Source: a virus
Taxonomy: Duplodnaviria > Caudoviricetes
IMG/VR virus record: IMGVR_UViG_3300028186_000155
Reading direction: 5' to 3' (one strand)
Length of the DNA: 64,000 nucleotides
Below the pieces are notes generated by a model. It was not told the DNA's origin and searched no databases. It was given only the letters and a program-made list of their open reading frames with translations. Position numbers and translations under genes: made by a program. Below are positions 7,937-18,418 of this stretch, in pieces; position 1 is the stretch's first letter; each line of letters starts with the position of its first letter.

Positions 7937-9880
7937 TTAAATTCCGTGTTTTTTGCGAAAAGTGTTGATCGTTTGTTTTGGGATTTTCAGGGATTCGGCT
8001 TCGGTGATTTTATTATTGGAAGACGATTCATCCTTCACGATCAGCAGAGTCGCCTGCTTAACCGTAGAGGCGATCTTACCACCGTTTGCAACGATCCATT
8101 TTTCCGCTTCTGCATCGCGGACGGAAGTGAACAGCACGGACTGTCCCGCCATCTTGGAACCAGAGACTTCTACCTTTTTGGCCGCCACCAATTTGATGCC
8201 GTTCCGTTTGCAGAATTTGATAAAGGTCTTCAGGTTTCCAGCAATTTGCGTAGCCAGTTTGTCGAAGCCTTTGATGTTCCGCACACGTTGCTCCAGCTGG
8301 CGGTCATCCCACTGCTTTTCCAGCAGATCGGGAATGTCGTCGTAAATCAGCTGTAGACGTTTGCCGCCGATGCCTTCGCCAAATGCGGCGCTGCCTTCTG
8401 CGACATTGAGGAACGTCATTTTCGACTTTGTAGATTTCAGATTTTTCTGTAGCTTAACTGCCGATTGATCAGCATAGCCGGGCAGTTGTTTAATGTCTGC
8501 CAAATCCATATCTAGGATTTTCTTCACCGTGTCGTAACCAGCGTCAACCAGCTTGGTGACAACACCTTGCTTAACGCCGTCAATTTCCAGCACAGTGAAG
8601 AAATGGGTTAGTTCTTTGATGGTGCGCAGATCGGATTTTTCGTCGTGCACCGCATACAGGAATTTGCCTTTGCGTTTGAAAGGCTGATCAGGTTTCGCTG
8701 GCTTTTTCGCACCCTGCACAACTTCCATAATGTACGGAATCACGTCACCAGAGCGCACGGCCCGGATGGTGGCACCAACGTTAATGGGGCGTGGGGAGTA
8801 CGGAGGCTTACCGCCGTTTTTCTTCACCTGCGCTTCGCTGTAACCGTTCTCGATGAATTCGTAATTGTGCGCAGTAAAACTGGTCACAGAAACGCCACCG
8901 ATAATGGTCGGATCGATCTTGATAACCTGCGTGAGTTTTCCGAGGCGGGATTCTTCGAACACCACGTCTACCACAGGGATCACTACCGAATTTGCAAGGC
9001 TGTTAAATTTGACTGCATACGAATGGCTTGGATAACCGGCAGTCACCTTGTAGGCAATGTTCTGCGTGGCCACCACACCATCGATATCGCGGCCAGATTC
9101 GGCCTTGCGTTGATCGTGATATTTTTCCAGCGATTCTTGCGTGATTTTCTTAACCACAATGTGCGGCACCACGTCGAACTTGTAGCGTTCCAAAATGGCC
9201 AGCTGTTCGTTGAGTGGGATACCCGCACCTTTGCCCATGAGGATTTCGTAACACACGACGCGGAATTTCTTCATGCTTTCGTGCGCCACGTTTCGATTCA
9301 ACAGACCGGCCCCCATGTTGCGGCTGGTCTTGTATTCTGCGGCAAAGTGTTTTTGGAATACGGTTTTGTCAGCTGTGAATTCCGCACGCACCGAGAACCG
9401 GCCTTTGTACGGAATCTTTTTCGGAATCTTCAGCAATGGAATTGCTTTGGAAATGTCCTTGCCAACCACACCCGATTTACCGCGAGTGGTCAGCAACACA
9501 GGCACACCGCCGTCGTATGTGAGCGCCAGCGAAATACCGTCTTCTTTATCGGACAGGGTAAAGCTGGTGTGCTTCATGAATTGCAGCCGTTTGGCTTCGG
9601 ACAGAGTGTTGAATTTCTCCAGCGAAGCCATCGGCACTTCCAATTGAATGTCGGCGTTTTTCACACCACCAACATCCTTGGAAGTCTTCTTTCTTTTCTT
9701 TTGCGACCAGCGATAATCATCCATGATATCGTACTGGTCATCACCAACAATTTCTTTCCCTTTGCGATACCGATCATCCAACTCTTCCAGCACGGCATCT
9801 AGTTGAGGAAGCGGCAACGATTGCGCAAATTTCAAAGGTGCGTTTCTCATTGCGCGCTTCTGTTCAAGCGTGAATTTCAT
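7937..9880 (-). CDS. ligA: NAD+-dependent DNA ligase
   Basis: Domain Ia DDQYD, KEDG adenylation motif, TRG, SRN, DIDGVV, AVKF, RSGDVIP, HhH repeats, C-terminal BRCT. Confidence 0.92.
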   Translation of the reverse strand: MKFTLEQKRAMRNAPLKFAQSLPLPQLDAVLEELDDRYRKGKEIVGDDQYDIMDDYRWSQKKRKKTSKDVGGVKNADIQLEVPMASLEKFNTLSEAKRLQFMKHTSFTLSDKEDGISLALTYDGGVPVLLTTRGKSGVVGKDISKAIPLLKIPKKIPYKGRFSVRAEFTADKTVFQKHFAAEYKTSRNMGAGLLNRNVAHESMKKFRVVCYEILMGKGAGIPLNEQLAILERYKFDVVPHIVVKKITQESLEKYHDQRKAESGRDIDGVVATQNIAYKVTAGYPSHSYAVKFNSLANSVVIPVVDVVFEESRLGKLTQVIKIDPTIIGGVSVTSFTAHNYEFIENGYSEAQVKKNGGKPPYSPRPINVGATIRAVRSGDVIPYIMEVVQGAKKPAKPDQPFKRKGKFLYAVHDEKSDLRTIKELTHFFTVLEIDGVKQGVVTKLVDAGYDTVKKILDMDLADIKQLPGYADQSAVKLQKNLKSTKSKMTFLNVAEGSAAFGEGIGGKRLQLIYDDIPDLLEKQWDDRQLEQRVRNIKGFDKLATQIAGNLKTFIKFCKRNGIKLVAAKKVEVSGSKMAGQSVLFTSVRDAEAEKWIVANGGKIASTVKQATLLIVKDESSSNNKITEAESLKIPKQTINTFRKKHGI

Positions 9881-11172
9881 AGACGTTTTCCGGGGGTCAT
9901 TTCGAGGTCGGCTGCCTTTTCCATGATCTTGTCGAGTGCGTCACCTTCCAGTTTCTTCCCGACTTTCACGGATTTGACGTTGCGCAGGTCTTCACCCGCG
10001 TGAACCTTGTAATGGCGCAGGGATTTGGTATCTTCGTTGTAGAGCACCAGCGAATCGGACATGCCCTGTTCTTCAATACCAACAATTACCCATTCGGAAT
10101 TGTCACGGCTGATCAGCACCAAACCTTCCTCGGCCAGCACTGCTTCATCGTCCACAATTTCCTCACCATCCTCGTCAACTTCCTGATCTTTGTGGAAGTC
10201 CATTTCAGGGTCTTCCTCTTCCTCGAAGTCTTCGTCTTCGAGGTCAGTAATTGACGGTTCCTCTCCATTATTTACAGTATCTTCTTCGAGTGGGAAATCT
10301 TCATCCGTTACAGGATTCAATACTTCCTCTTCATCCTCCGGCTCGAAGTCGAAGTCTTGGTCCATATCTTCGTAATCGAAGGTAGTCACCAATTGCTTGA
10401 TACGTTCTGCGTGTTTCTCACTTTCTGCATCGCCCGTTTTGGTCGGACGCGGGTCAGTGGATTTCGGTTTGATCGGGATTTTAATACGCCGGGCAGCAGC
10501 ACGTTTAGGCAGCGAGTCTTTCAGTTCGCTGAATTCCACAATGCCGGTCTGCTGGCGCGCCCGTGGCAAAATGTCGGTGTTGTTGGTGATTTGTTCGTAC
10601 AGGTCGTGGGCAATCAATACCCGTTCGCCGTTCGGCATGATGATGTAACCACCATGCGATTTACGCAAATAGCGCAAACCAATTTCATCACCCGGTTTCA
10701 GCACCGCCCGCGACGTACCGTAATGCTTGGTGGTGACTGGGGTCGAGTGCATGACCTTGCGCCACTGATAATCGTCGCGGTTGTAGCTTTCGGTTTCCCG
10801 TGGCTTGCTTGGACTGGTCCAGAATTGCGATTCGAGACGGTCATTTTGCAGACGACCTTTGCTCATGTAGGAATGCCGGGCACCTTCCTTTTTCGGTGCG
10901 TCGGGAATGCCCGTGTATTCCTTGAATCGTTTAATGAACTTGTCGATTTGTTCTTGCTTGATAGAGCGGTAAATCTTTTGTGGATATTTGGCCAGCACAA
11001 CTTGATAGGCACCAGCGGTTGGGCCGCGTGTAGCCTTTCGGAAACCCATCAGGTCATCAGGTTCAACCTTGATCGGCGTGCCGTCCAGATTGAGTTCGAA
11101 TTGTTTGCCCGCGTTATACATCCATTCGAACTGCTTGAAATCAGCTGGTGACGCGGCGAGGGCAATAATCAT
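9877..11172 (-). CDS. probable virion protein with MIIALAAS tag
   Basis: Basic N-half, acidic linker; ATGA overlap with 11169..12839. Confidence 0.6.
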   Translation of the reverse strand: MIIALAASPADFKQFEWMYNAGKQFELNLDGTPIKVEPDDLMGFRKATRGPTAGAYQVVLAKYPQKIYRSIKQEQIDKFIKRFKEYTGIPDAPKKEGARHSYMSKGRLQNDRLESQFWTSPSKPRETESYNRDDYQWRKVMHSTPVTTKHYGTSRAVLKPGDEIGLRYLRKSHGGYIIMPNGERVLIAHDLYEQITNNTDILPRARQQTGIVEFSELKDSLPKRAAARRIKIPIKPKSTDPRPTKTGDAESEKHAERIKQLVTTFDYEDMDQDFDFEPEDEEEVLNPVTDEDFPLEEDTVNNGEEPSITDLEDEDFEEEEDPEMDFHKDQEVDEDGEEIVDDEAVLAEEGLVLISRDNSEWVIVGIEEQGMSDSLVLYNEDTKSLRHYKVHAGEDLRNVKSVKVGKKLEGDALDKIMEKAADLEMTPGKRL

Positions 11173-12839
11173 GTCACAATAATCTCTTTCTGCGCGGTGA
11201 CGGTTTCATGTTGGAGCGTGTAGGAAACTTGCAGCAAATAAGTGCCCGGAACTTTCGCAGTCACTTGGCCAAGGTAATTCGAAACGTTGTCGTCCGAACA
11301 GAACCAAAGCGCAGATGCCACACGTTCCGAACCATCGCTGAAGGTTACAAACGCTTCAAAGTTTGTCGGTGTATTTGCACGCAGGGTTTCCGGCCCGGAA
11401 ATTCGCATTTCGGTCGGGTACGTGCGATTGTCGATAATGGTTACAGGCAGCTGCGCCTCAAGATCCACACCACTGATCGACAGCGTTGCATAAATCGTGA
11501 GTTCTGCGGTTTCCATCACCTGCACCGCATGCAACACACCGGCAGCGGAAATGCTGGCAATGTGATGATTGGACAATTCCCATTTGGCAGGCAGCACAAT
11601 GTCTGTGCCATCCGCGTAAACAACGTGGAATTTCAACGATTGATATTCACCAACATACATCGGACTACGCAGTTCAATCCAGCAACGAACAGGCAGCGTA
11701 CCACTGGGCACAACTTCAACCGTTTTGTATGCCGTGAGGTTTTCATAGGCAGCCATCAAGCTAACTGGCGTATCCTGAATCACCTGCGGCACCGCGTGGA
11801 ATTGGTTGCCGTCATCGAGGTGGCCAACGGCGGTTACTGTGTGAATTTTCGATTGGACAGCTTTACGCGTTCCATCACTGAAAATCAACGTGGTGTAATA
11901 CTGCACCACAAGGCCTTCGCGCACTTTGGCCGGGCCTTCAATTACCAACGTTTCCGGCCTTACGGTCAGGTCCACCACGCTCAATTCGATTGAAGCGCTG
12001 GTGACAATTCCTTCGTATTCGTAGGTGCCAATAATCGTGGTGGTTTCAACACCTTCGACAGCGTTCGCAACGAATGCACCATTGACCTCAACGTGTCCCG
12101 CTTTCGGGTTGGTGTTAATCCAATTGGCGACAACTTCGTTATTTTTTCCATTGTCGAACAGAACATCGAGGCCAAAGGTTGCACGGCCCTTTTCCATGAC
12201 AATCGAAGGCCCGATAACGTGGGCTTTGACTGGATGAATCGAATGATCTTCTACCAAAATATCAAGGGATACTTGGCGGGTCACGTTGTTGGCCGTGTAG
12301 GTGGCGGTAAAGCGCACCATGGCCGAGCCGCGAATCTTTTGGAAATGCGCAACGCCCGTCGTGTCGATTGTGGCAACGCTGGGGCGGCTGGAAACAAACG
12401 TGGTGGGTACAACAGGAACAACAGAACCGTTATCGAAATGCGCTTGCACAACGTAAGGTTCAACCGTGTTTTTCTCCACCTCGGTTTTACCGTCGATGGA
12501 AATGGAAACTAGGGCGGGCGGTGTATCGGTATCACGCACGGAAACCGTGGTGATGGCAGTCAACGTAGTTTCAGACGCGGCATGGTAATACCGGCAATGC
12601 AACTGCACCGGGCGGGTGCCTGTCGTAACTGATCCTGCGGTGAATAATCCAGTCAGAGAAATTGTGCCGTACTGACCACCAGAAGAAACAGACCATTCGG
12701 CCTCGACTTCATGTTGCGAATTGTCGTCAAAAGTAACGACGGCACGCATCTGAAACGTCGTGCGCTCCGCAAGTGGAGCACTAGGGCCGATCAAATCCAG
12801 TTGTACCGGCCATAGTTCCTCAAAGCTAGTGTCGGCCAT
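11169..12839 (-). CDS. multi-Ig-like-domain structural protein
   Basis: About 6 repeats of (I.GP..V.E...F....F.DG..W...G.F.A). Confidence 0.8.
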   Translation of the reverse strand: MADTSFEELWPVQLDLIGPSAPLAERTTFQMRAVVTFDDNSQHEVEAEWSVSSGGQYGTISLTGLFTAGSVTTGTRPVQLHCRYYHAASETTLTAITTVSVRDTDTPPALVSISIDGKTEVEKNTVEPYVVQAHFDNGSVVPVVPTTFVSSRPSVATIDTTGVAHFQKIRGSAMVRFTATYTANNVTRQVSLDILVEDHSIHPVKAHVIGPSIVMEKGRATFGLDVLFDNGKNNEVVANWINTNPKAGHVEVNGAFVANAVEGVETTTIIGTYEYEGIVTSASIELSVVDLTVRPETLVIEGPAKVREGLVVQYYTTLIFSDGTRKAVQSKIHTVTAVGHLDDGNQFHAVPQVIQDTPVSLMAAYENLTAYKTVEVVPSGTLPVRCWIELRSPMYVGEYQSLKFHVVYADGTDIVLPAKWELSNHHIASISAAGVLHAVQVMETAELTIYATLSISGVDLEAQLPVTIIDNRTYPTEMRISGPETLRANTPTNFEAFVTFSDGSERVASALWFCSDDNVSNYLGQVTAKVPGTYLLQVSYTLQHETVTAQKEIIVT

Positions 12840-12865
12840 GAGAAAACATTCTCCATATTCAACGG

Positions 12866-12897
12866 AAAAAGCGGGGAAACCAAAATGGAATCCCCGC
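12866..12897 (-). terminator. intrinsic terminator
   Basis: GCGGGGA...TCCCCGC stem followed by T5. Confidence 0.7.
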
Positions 12898-12905
12898 CTG
12901 TTCTG

Positions 12906-15230
12906 TTAATCGTATTTAATGGAGTATTGGTTAGTACGTGGGCTGAACTCCGGCAGAGTTGTGGCCTCGTTACGAACAATAATCCACGGACGTACACCTG
13001 TGCCGTCGTCGTACTGCACGGTCAGCTGCTTCGGCAAGTTCGGATCATAGCCCGGCAACCCGTCTTCGTTACCCAGTACATCGTTACGGTAGTTAATACC
13101 GTCAAAAGTAACGTTGAAAGAGTTTTGCAGGTCGATGATGAACGTATCGCCAGCGCGAGCATCCCACATCAGGTAAACGTAATCGTCAACGGTGATGGTG
13201 GTTTCGATGTTTTTCGCAGTTTCACCCGGTTGCAGCGACAGCGTATTGGTCATGACTTTCGACACGAAATCATCGAGGCCAGTCCAGTGCGTGTACTGTT
13301 TGCCGGAAGGCGAAGTTTCTTCGGTTACGCCGTAATCGCGCTCTTCCTGCGTAATTTCGCTGGCGATTGGACCACCAGTGAAATTCACGTTGGAGAACAT
13401 CGCAACACCATAGCGCAGCGGCGGAATTACTACGCTGCCAGTCACCACGGTAATTGCTTTGGTTGCGTTGAGGTTTACACCGTCTTCGCTGTAGGTCGCA
13501 CGAATGTTGGTCGCACCATCCGCAACACCGGTCACTTTACCATCTTGGGCCACAGTGGCTTTCGAGGTATCCGACGACGACCAAACCGGGGTTTTATTCA
13601 CGGTCGAACCATCGGCGTAAGTAACGGCGTATGTGAACGTTTGAGTTTCCAACGGAGCCAGCGAATTAGGGCCGGTAATGGCGCCCGAAACAGGCCAGTT
13701 TTTCGTGTCGGCAATTGCAACGGTTTTCTTCGCAGTAACAGTCTGGCCGTTCTGCGTGAACGAAACGTTGATTTCTACCGATTTCGAACCCGGAACAGTC
13801 AGCGGTTTCGCGGTCAGCACACCAGTTGCAGCACCAATGGTGGCGTAAGTGGTGGCGGTCACGGTCCACGCGGCAGTTACATCGGAGGTGGTGCCATCCG
13901 AGAACGTTACGCGGCCAACGTAAGTGCTGGTCGAATCTTGATCCACCGAATTCGCACCGTTAATCACGATGGAATTTGGATAAATTGCAGGATCTTTGAT
14001 GGTGACGTTCAGTTCTGCGGTACGCGTCACGCCGCCCGAAACATAGGTCGCGGTCAGCTTGGTGGTAACGTCGCGCACTTGGCTTTGACGCGGGGTCAAT
14101 ACGCCGTTGCTGAAGGTGCCCGCCGTGGTGTTACTGGAAACAAATGCATTTGGCGTAACGATTTGTTTCGAGTTGTCACTGTAGGTCGCTTCGACGGTGT
14201 AGGTGCCGGTTTCCGATTTCAGGAATTGGGTTGGACCAACAATTCGAATCGATTGCAGCAGCACAATGGACGGATCGCCGTTAATGGTGATCACGTAATC
14301 ATGGAAAACAACAACGCCGCTTTCTTCGTGTTTCCAGCTGGCACGCGCAGTTACCGGGGTATCAATTGCAACCGGGTTGGCGTGGAAAACACCAGTGTTC
14401 TGGTTGATGGTGCCGAATTCCGCGTTTACGGTCAGGGTCCAAGTGGCCTGCACGCTGAAGAATTTCGAACCATCGTCCATCAGCACGTCGGCGCGCAGAA
14501 CGTGATTGGTATTTCCGTTCACTTTCTCGGTTGGACCAACTACCGAAACCGAAATGGGGCGCGGACCAACATACGCAAATTCGGTGGTAGGCGGCAGCCA
14601 TTCCGCAACAAAGTTTCCGTCGCCGGAATCTTCGGTAATGAACAGCATGTAACCGGCAACCGGTTCGCCTTTTACAACCACGTAGTTTTCGGTTCCGTCA
14701 CCGGTCGAAAGCTTGGTGCGCGGGAAATCCGGGTGGCTGTGTGGCAGCGGTTCGCGGGCGTCACTCATGCGCGAATCATTGGTGTAAACAACCACCGGAT
14801 CTTCGCCGTCTTCAGGCTCGGAACCTTCCGACAGAGTGAAACCACCGAGGCGCTGTTGCGAAGCGAGCGGCGGGCGGAAATCAGGCACTGCACCGAGGAT
14901 CGGGTCAGCGTCTTTTTTGAAATACTGATCTTCGGTGAAAATTTCATCCACAGAAGACAGCACAGACCACGAACCACGATAGTTTTTATCGTCGTATTTT
15001 TCAGCGTCAACACGACGCATCAAAACCTTGTAGTCTTCGTGTTCTGGATCAGCGTTGATCCACGTCACGTTGTAGGGAACGGTCAGGGTATCCGGTTCGA
15101 GAAGAGAAACGAGGACAACGAATTGTTTTCCGTTGCCCTCGACAATAATCTCGACCGGGTTAAATTTCGACAAACCGCGATAGTTGAGTGCAATCGCGAT
15201 TTTTTCGTCGATAAACTCGGTCAAAGTCAT
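12906..15230 (-). CDS. Ig-like (Big_2) fibre/whisker protein
   Basis: Thr/Val-rich Ig repeats (WSSSDTSKATVAQDGKVTGV); N-terminus paralogous to 15240..15881. Confidence 0.8.
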   Translation of the reverse strand: MTLTEFIDEKIAIALNYRGLSKFNPVEIIVEGNGKQFVVLVSLLEPDTLTVPYNVTWINADPEHEDYKVLMRRVDAEKYDDKNYRGSWSVLSSVDEIFTEDQYFKKDADPILGAVPDFRPPLASQQRLGGFTLSEGSEPEDGEDPVVVYTNDSRMSDAREPLPHSHPDFPRTKLSTGDGTENYVVVKGEPVAGYMLFITEDSGDGNFVAEWLPPTTEFAYVGPRPISVSVVGPTEKVNGNTNHVLRADVLMDDGSKFFSVQATWTLTVNAEFGTINQNTGVFHANPVAIDTPVTARASWKHEESGVVVFHDYVITINGDPSIVLLQSIRIVGPTQFLKSETGTYTVEATYSDNSKQIVTPNAFVSSNTTAGTFSNGVLTPRQSQVRDVTTKLTATYVSGGVTRTAELNVTIKDPAIYPNSIVINGANSVDQDSTSTYVGRVTFSDGTTSDVTAAWTVTATTYATIGAATGVLTAKPLTVPGSKSVEINVSFTQNGQTVTAKKTVAIADTKNWPVSGAITGPNSLAPLETQTFTYAVTYADGSTVNKTPVWSSSDTSKATVAQDGKVTGVADGATNIRATYSEDGVNLNATKAITVVTGSVVIPPLRYGVAMFSNVNFTGGPIASEITQEERDYGVTEETSPSGKQYTHWTGLDDFVSKVMTNTLSLQPGETAKNIETTITVDDYVYLMWDARAGDTFIIDLQNSFNVTFDGINYRNDVLGNEDGLPGYDPNLPKQLTVQYDDGTGVRPWIIVRNEATTLPEFSPRTNQYSIKYD

Positions 15231-15239
15231 GACGATTCC

Positions 15240-15881
15240 TTATCGCTGAATATCGTTGGAAGTCACTTGGCGCCATACGGCTTTGCCGTTACCAGCAGCG
15301 AACAAAGCGGCGCCCACAACCGGAGTTGCAGAATCGCCAATCTTGATCGAACCGGTGTTGGTTTTCAGCATGGTTGCCGGTTTTTCTTCGTGGGTGTGCT
15401 CGGTCGGTTTCCGTGCGTTGGTCAGGCGCGGATCGCCCTCACCTACCGCGATTGGAGCCGCGCCGTTGGTTGGTTCAACCGACAGGCGAGCGATACCCAG
15501 CGTCGAAGCGGTAGCGGCTGGAATCGGATCGTTTTGATTCAGAATTTCCGAATCTTCTGCGTCGTAATACTGATCAGCGTTGTACTGATCCATGGTGTCG
15601 ATCACTTCCCACGTGTGCACGGTGCCCACGCTGGTATCGGGGTTTTTCGACACGCGACGACGCGCCTGATTGTAGAAAACCGACGCCGGGTCGAAATCGA
15701 ACCAAATCACGTTGAGTGGCAGGATTTCGTTGTACGGTTCGCGCAGTGCAGCAACCACGGTGGTAACACGACGCACCGTGGAGTTTTGCATGCGGATCGG
15801 AACCGGGTTGGTTTCGTCCAGATTTTCGATATCGGAAATCACGCGAATGGAATCGCGGATTTCTTGCAATTGTTTTTCCAT
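15240..15881 (-). CDS. fibre/collar-type structural protein
   Basis: ATASTLGIARLS and DPRLTNARKPTEHTH fibre motifs; adjacent to sheath. Confidence 0.65.
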   Translation of the reverse strand: MEKQLQEIRDSIRVISDIENLDETNPVPIRMQNSTVRRVTTVVAALREPYNEILPLNVIWFDFDPASVFYNQARRRVSKNPDTSVGTVHTWEVIDTMDQYNADQYYDAEDSEILNQNDPIPAATASTLGIARLSVEPTNGAAPIAVGEGDPRLTNARKPTEHTHEEKPATMLKTNTGSIKIGDSATPVVGAALFAAGNGKAVWRQVTSNDIQR

Positions 15882-15886
15882 TTTGA

Positions 15887-17527
15887 TCAGTTCTCGGTGA
15901 ATGTGATGGAAGAGCCGAAATTGCGAATGTCTGCGGTCAGAGAAGCGCGACGTGCAGGAATGCTCGGATCAATCACGAAATCGAGGTTGATATCGTTGTT
16001 CGCGATATCTGCCGGGGAGTTGTTGCGGCTGTCACAAATGGTTTCCCAATCGTACAAACCACGGCCCTGTTTAACAGTGCGCGCTTCCGCGTCAACGATG
16101 TTTTTCAGCTGCTTGCGTTCGAAATCGTCAGCAGGGTTGAAAACGGACGGCAGGAACGCTTTGCGAATCATGGCCTTGATCCCGTTCACCAAACGACGAA
16201 CGTTCACGTTTTGGAAACCGCTGGCAAAGGTTTGCAGGGTCAGCTGTTCCATGATCACGTAACCACGGCCCGGAATGCGGCGCACGTAGTTGATTTGCGC
16301 TTGTTCCAGCGCATTGCGTTCTGGCAGCGAATATTTCTTCGAAAGATCCGTGACTTTCACTTGGCCGCGATTCAAACCGGCAGGCGCCCAGTAGTAGGCA
16401 CGCACACGGTCGGTGTACGCATATTGCGCAGCGACCATACCGGAAATCGGGCACCAGAATTTCTTACCCGAAACGTCATCGGTGACTTGCCCGCGTGGGC
16501 CGTACAGTGCCGAATAGCTGCTCGACAGGTTGAGGATATTTCGACGCCAGTTAACGGCGCGTGCAACTTCCTGCATATCGAACGGCAAATCCTGAATGGT
16601 GATTGCGTCACCACGGGATTCTGCAACGGCGTTCATGCGGCGCACGATTTGTTCGTTTTCGTAACCGCACGCAACCAGCATTTGCACCGCGAATTGGTCG
16701 GTATCTTCGATGCCTTCCCAAGCTGCGTTGATTTCTGCAATGGTTGCACGCTCGCCATCTTCGCCGCCGTCGAGGCGTTCGATGGTGGTGGTGCGAATTT
16801 CCACAGCCGGGCACAGGCTGTTGTTTTTGACCTTGATGTAGTTGGATTGCGAGTTCACCCGCGCCTCAACAAACATTTGGTTTCCTTCGCCGTCCAGTTC
16901 GTAAATCCGCGAACAGAAATACGATTCTACCGGAATGCTAGACGAACCTTTGTAGTTCAGGAAAACATCGAGGTAGAAATGGGTCGGGTCGTTGAATTCA
17001 CCAACTTCGGTGCCTTCCGGGTTAGCGGGGCGAATGCGAACGCTGATGATGCCAGACCATTCGCCGGGCGAGTTGGCGCAAACATAAAGCAGCGCGTTTT
17101 TCACACCAGCATCAGCGGCGGTGAAGCCCAGTACATCGAGGGGATTACCCAAAACGCCTTGCGGTTTATTGGTGCCATTATCCCAATTGACCAGCTTAAC
17201 GACCGGCACCAAAGCGCTGGTATCGTCAACCGACAGGTATGCCCCGGCGGTGCGTGCGGTCGCGGCGTTGACTGCACGTTTGATCCACATGGCGGTTTGC
17301 GCCAAAGTGTGTTCGGCACAGTGCATGCCAAAGCCGTATTTGGAATAGTTTTTAATGCCGAACTTTTCGCGCAGCACTTGTTTATCCGTTACATAAATCC
17401 AGTCGCTGGTAGAACCGCGAGGGGCTTCGATAACGGCGGATGCGATGGAGCTAACCACCGGGGAACCACGTTGACTTACGTCATTGTCCCGGTCGTAAAC
17501 ACCAGCGCTGGTGTTGGTGAAATCCAT
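15887..17527 (-). CDS. contractile tail sheath protein (T4 gp18-like)
   Basis: AGVY N-terminus, WAPAGLNRG, NVRRL, ICDSRNNSPADI motifs. Confidence 0.93.
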   Translation of the reverse strand: MDFTNTSAGVYDRDNDVSQRGSPVVSSIASAVIEAPRGSTSDWIYVTDKQVLREKFGIKNYSKYGFGMHCAEHTLAQTAMWIKRAVNAATARTAGAYLSVDDTSALVPVVKLVNWDNGTNKPQGVLGNPLDVLGFTAADAGVKNALLYVCANSPGEWSGIISVRIRPANPEGTEVGEFNDPTHFYLDVFLNYKGSSSIPVESYFCSRIYELDGEGNQMFVEARVNSQSNYIKVKNNSLCPAVEIRTTTIERLDGGEDGERATIAEINAAWEGIEDTDQFAVQMLVACGYENEQIVRRMNAVAESRGDAITIQDLPFDMQEVARAVNWRRNILNLSSSYSALYGPRGQVTDDVSGKKFWCPISGMVAAQYAYTDRVRAYYWAPAGLNRGQVKVTDLSKKYSLPERNALEQAQINYVRRIPGRGYVIMEQLTLQTFASGFQNVNVRRLVNGIKAMIRKAFLPSVFNPADDFERKQLKNIVDAEARTVKQGRGLYDWETICDSRNNSPADIANNDINLDFVIDPSIPARRASLTADIRNFGSSITFTEN

Positions 17528-17591
17528 GGGTGAATCCCCTTATATGGTTGGAATGCGGGAAATAGGAGCGCATTTGTGCATTTCCTTCCAT

Positions 17592-17598
17592 TAAATTA
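17592..17598 (-). promoter_or_regulatory. TAATTTA late-type promoter motif
   Basis: 65 nt upstream of sheath start, just after a terminator. Confidence 0.55.
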
Positions 17599-17620
17599 CG
17601 CAAAGGGGATTTTGAACAAC

Positions 17621-17646
17621 AAAAAAGGGGCCAATTGGCCCCTTTT
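17621..17646 (-). terminator. intrinsic terminator
   Basis: AAAAGGGGCCAATTGGCCCCTTTT inverted repeat, T6 tail on minus strand. Confidence 0.85.
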
Positions 17647-17659
17647 CGGATATTACGGT

Positions 17660-18418
17660 TTAGCTAAAGAATTCGTCATCGTCATTACGTGCGGCGGCCT
17701 CGGCTGCATCGTGTTTAGCCTTTTCGCGCAGGTAATGTTTGAACATAATAATGGCGAAATTGTGATTGCCATCGCGCCATTCGAGGATTGCTGGGGTGAA
17801 TGGCTTATTCATCAATACGCCCATATGGCGCAGGATTTGGCGGTGGCGTTCGCGCACATACGATTCAATATACATCGGGATTTTGTGTGGTTCGTTTCGG
17901 ATCATTCGGATCTTAACGTAACAGAATACCAATGCTTCGAGATTGTCGTCTTCCATGAACTCGGTTGATTCGTGGAAAATGTCAATCAGTTTCTTCTTAT
18001 CTATGGCACTGAATCGCAGCAGCTTATCCGGGTGGGTCAGTTGCTTGACCATCCGGTACAATTCACCAATTGCAACCTTTTGGTGCTCTTCACGCTTTTT
18101 CGGTTCGTTCGGGTTATTCGGATCAACCACTTCGTCTTCGAAATACTCTTCATCGTCTTCGTCGAAACGTTCACGATCAAACGACTTCAGGTCTTCGCCT
18201 TTGATTTTCATCAGGGCTGTGCAACCTTCTGGCGGCAGGTCGAAAGTGGCTTCGGTTTCTTCCTCTTCGGCCTCTTCCTCTTCGCCGTCACCTACGCCGC
18301 CTAACGCGTGATTACAACGTGCGCTAAGCCAGCTGTAACCATGCTCCAGCATTTCAATGAATCGGTTTAGGTTTTCTTCGTCTACCCGGATTTCTTCGAG
18401 TTTTGCGTTTGTGATCAT
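17660..18418 (-). CDS. J-domain (DnaJ-like, HPD) protein
   Basis: ELYRMVKQLTHPDKL...IDIFHE helix II-HPD-helix III. Confidence 0.75.
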   Translation of the reverse strand: MITNAKLEEIRVDEENLNRFIEMLEHGYSWLSARCNHALGGVGDGEEEEAEEEETEATFDLPPEGCTALMKIKGEDLKSFDRERFDEDDEEYFEDEVVDPNNPNEPKKREEHQKVAIGELYRMVKQLTHPDKLLRFSAIDKKKLIDIFHESTEFMEDDNLEALVFCYVKIRMIRNEPHKIPMYIESYVRERHRQILRHMGVLMNKPFTPAILEWRDGNHNFAIIMFKHYLREKAKHDAAEAAARNDDDEFFS

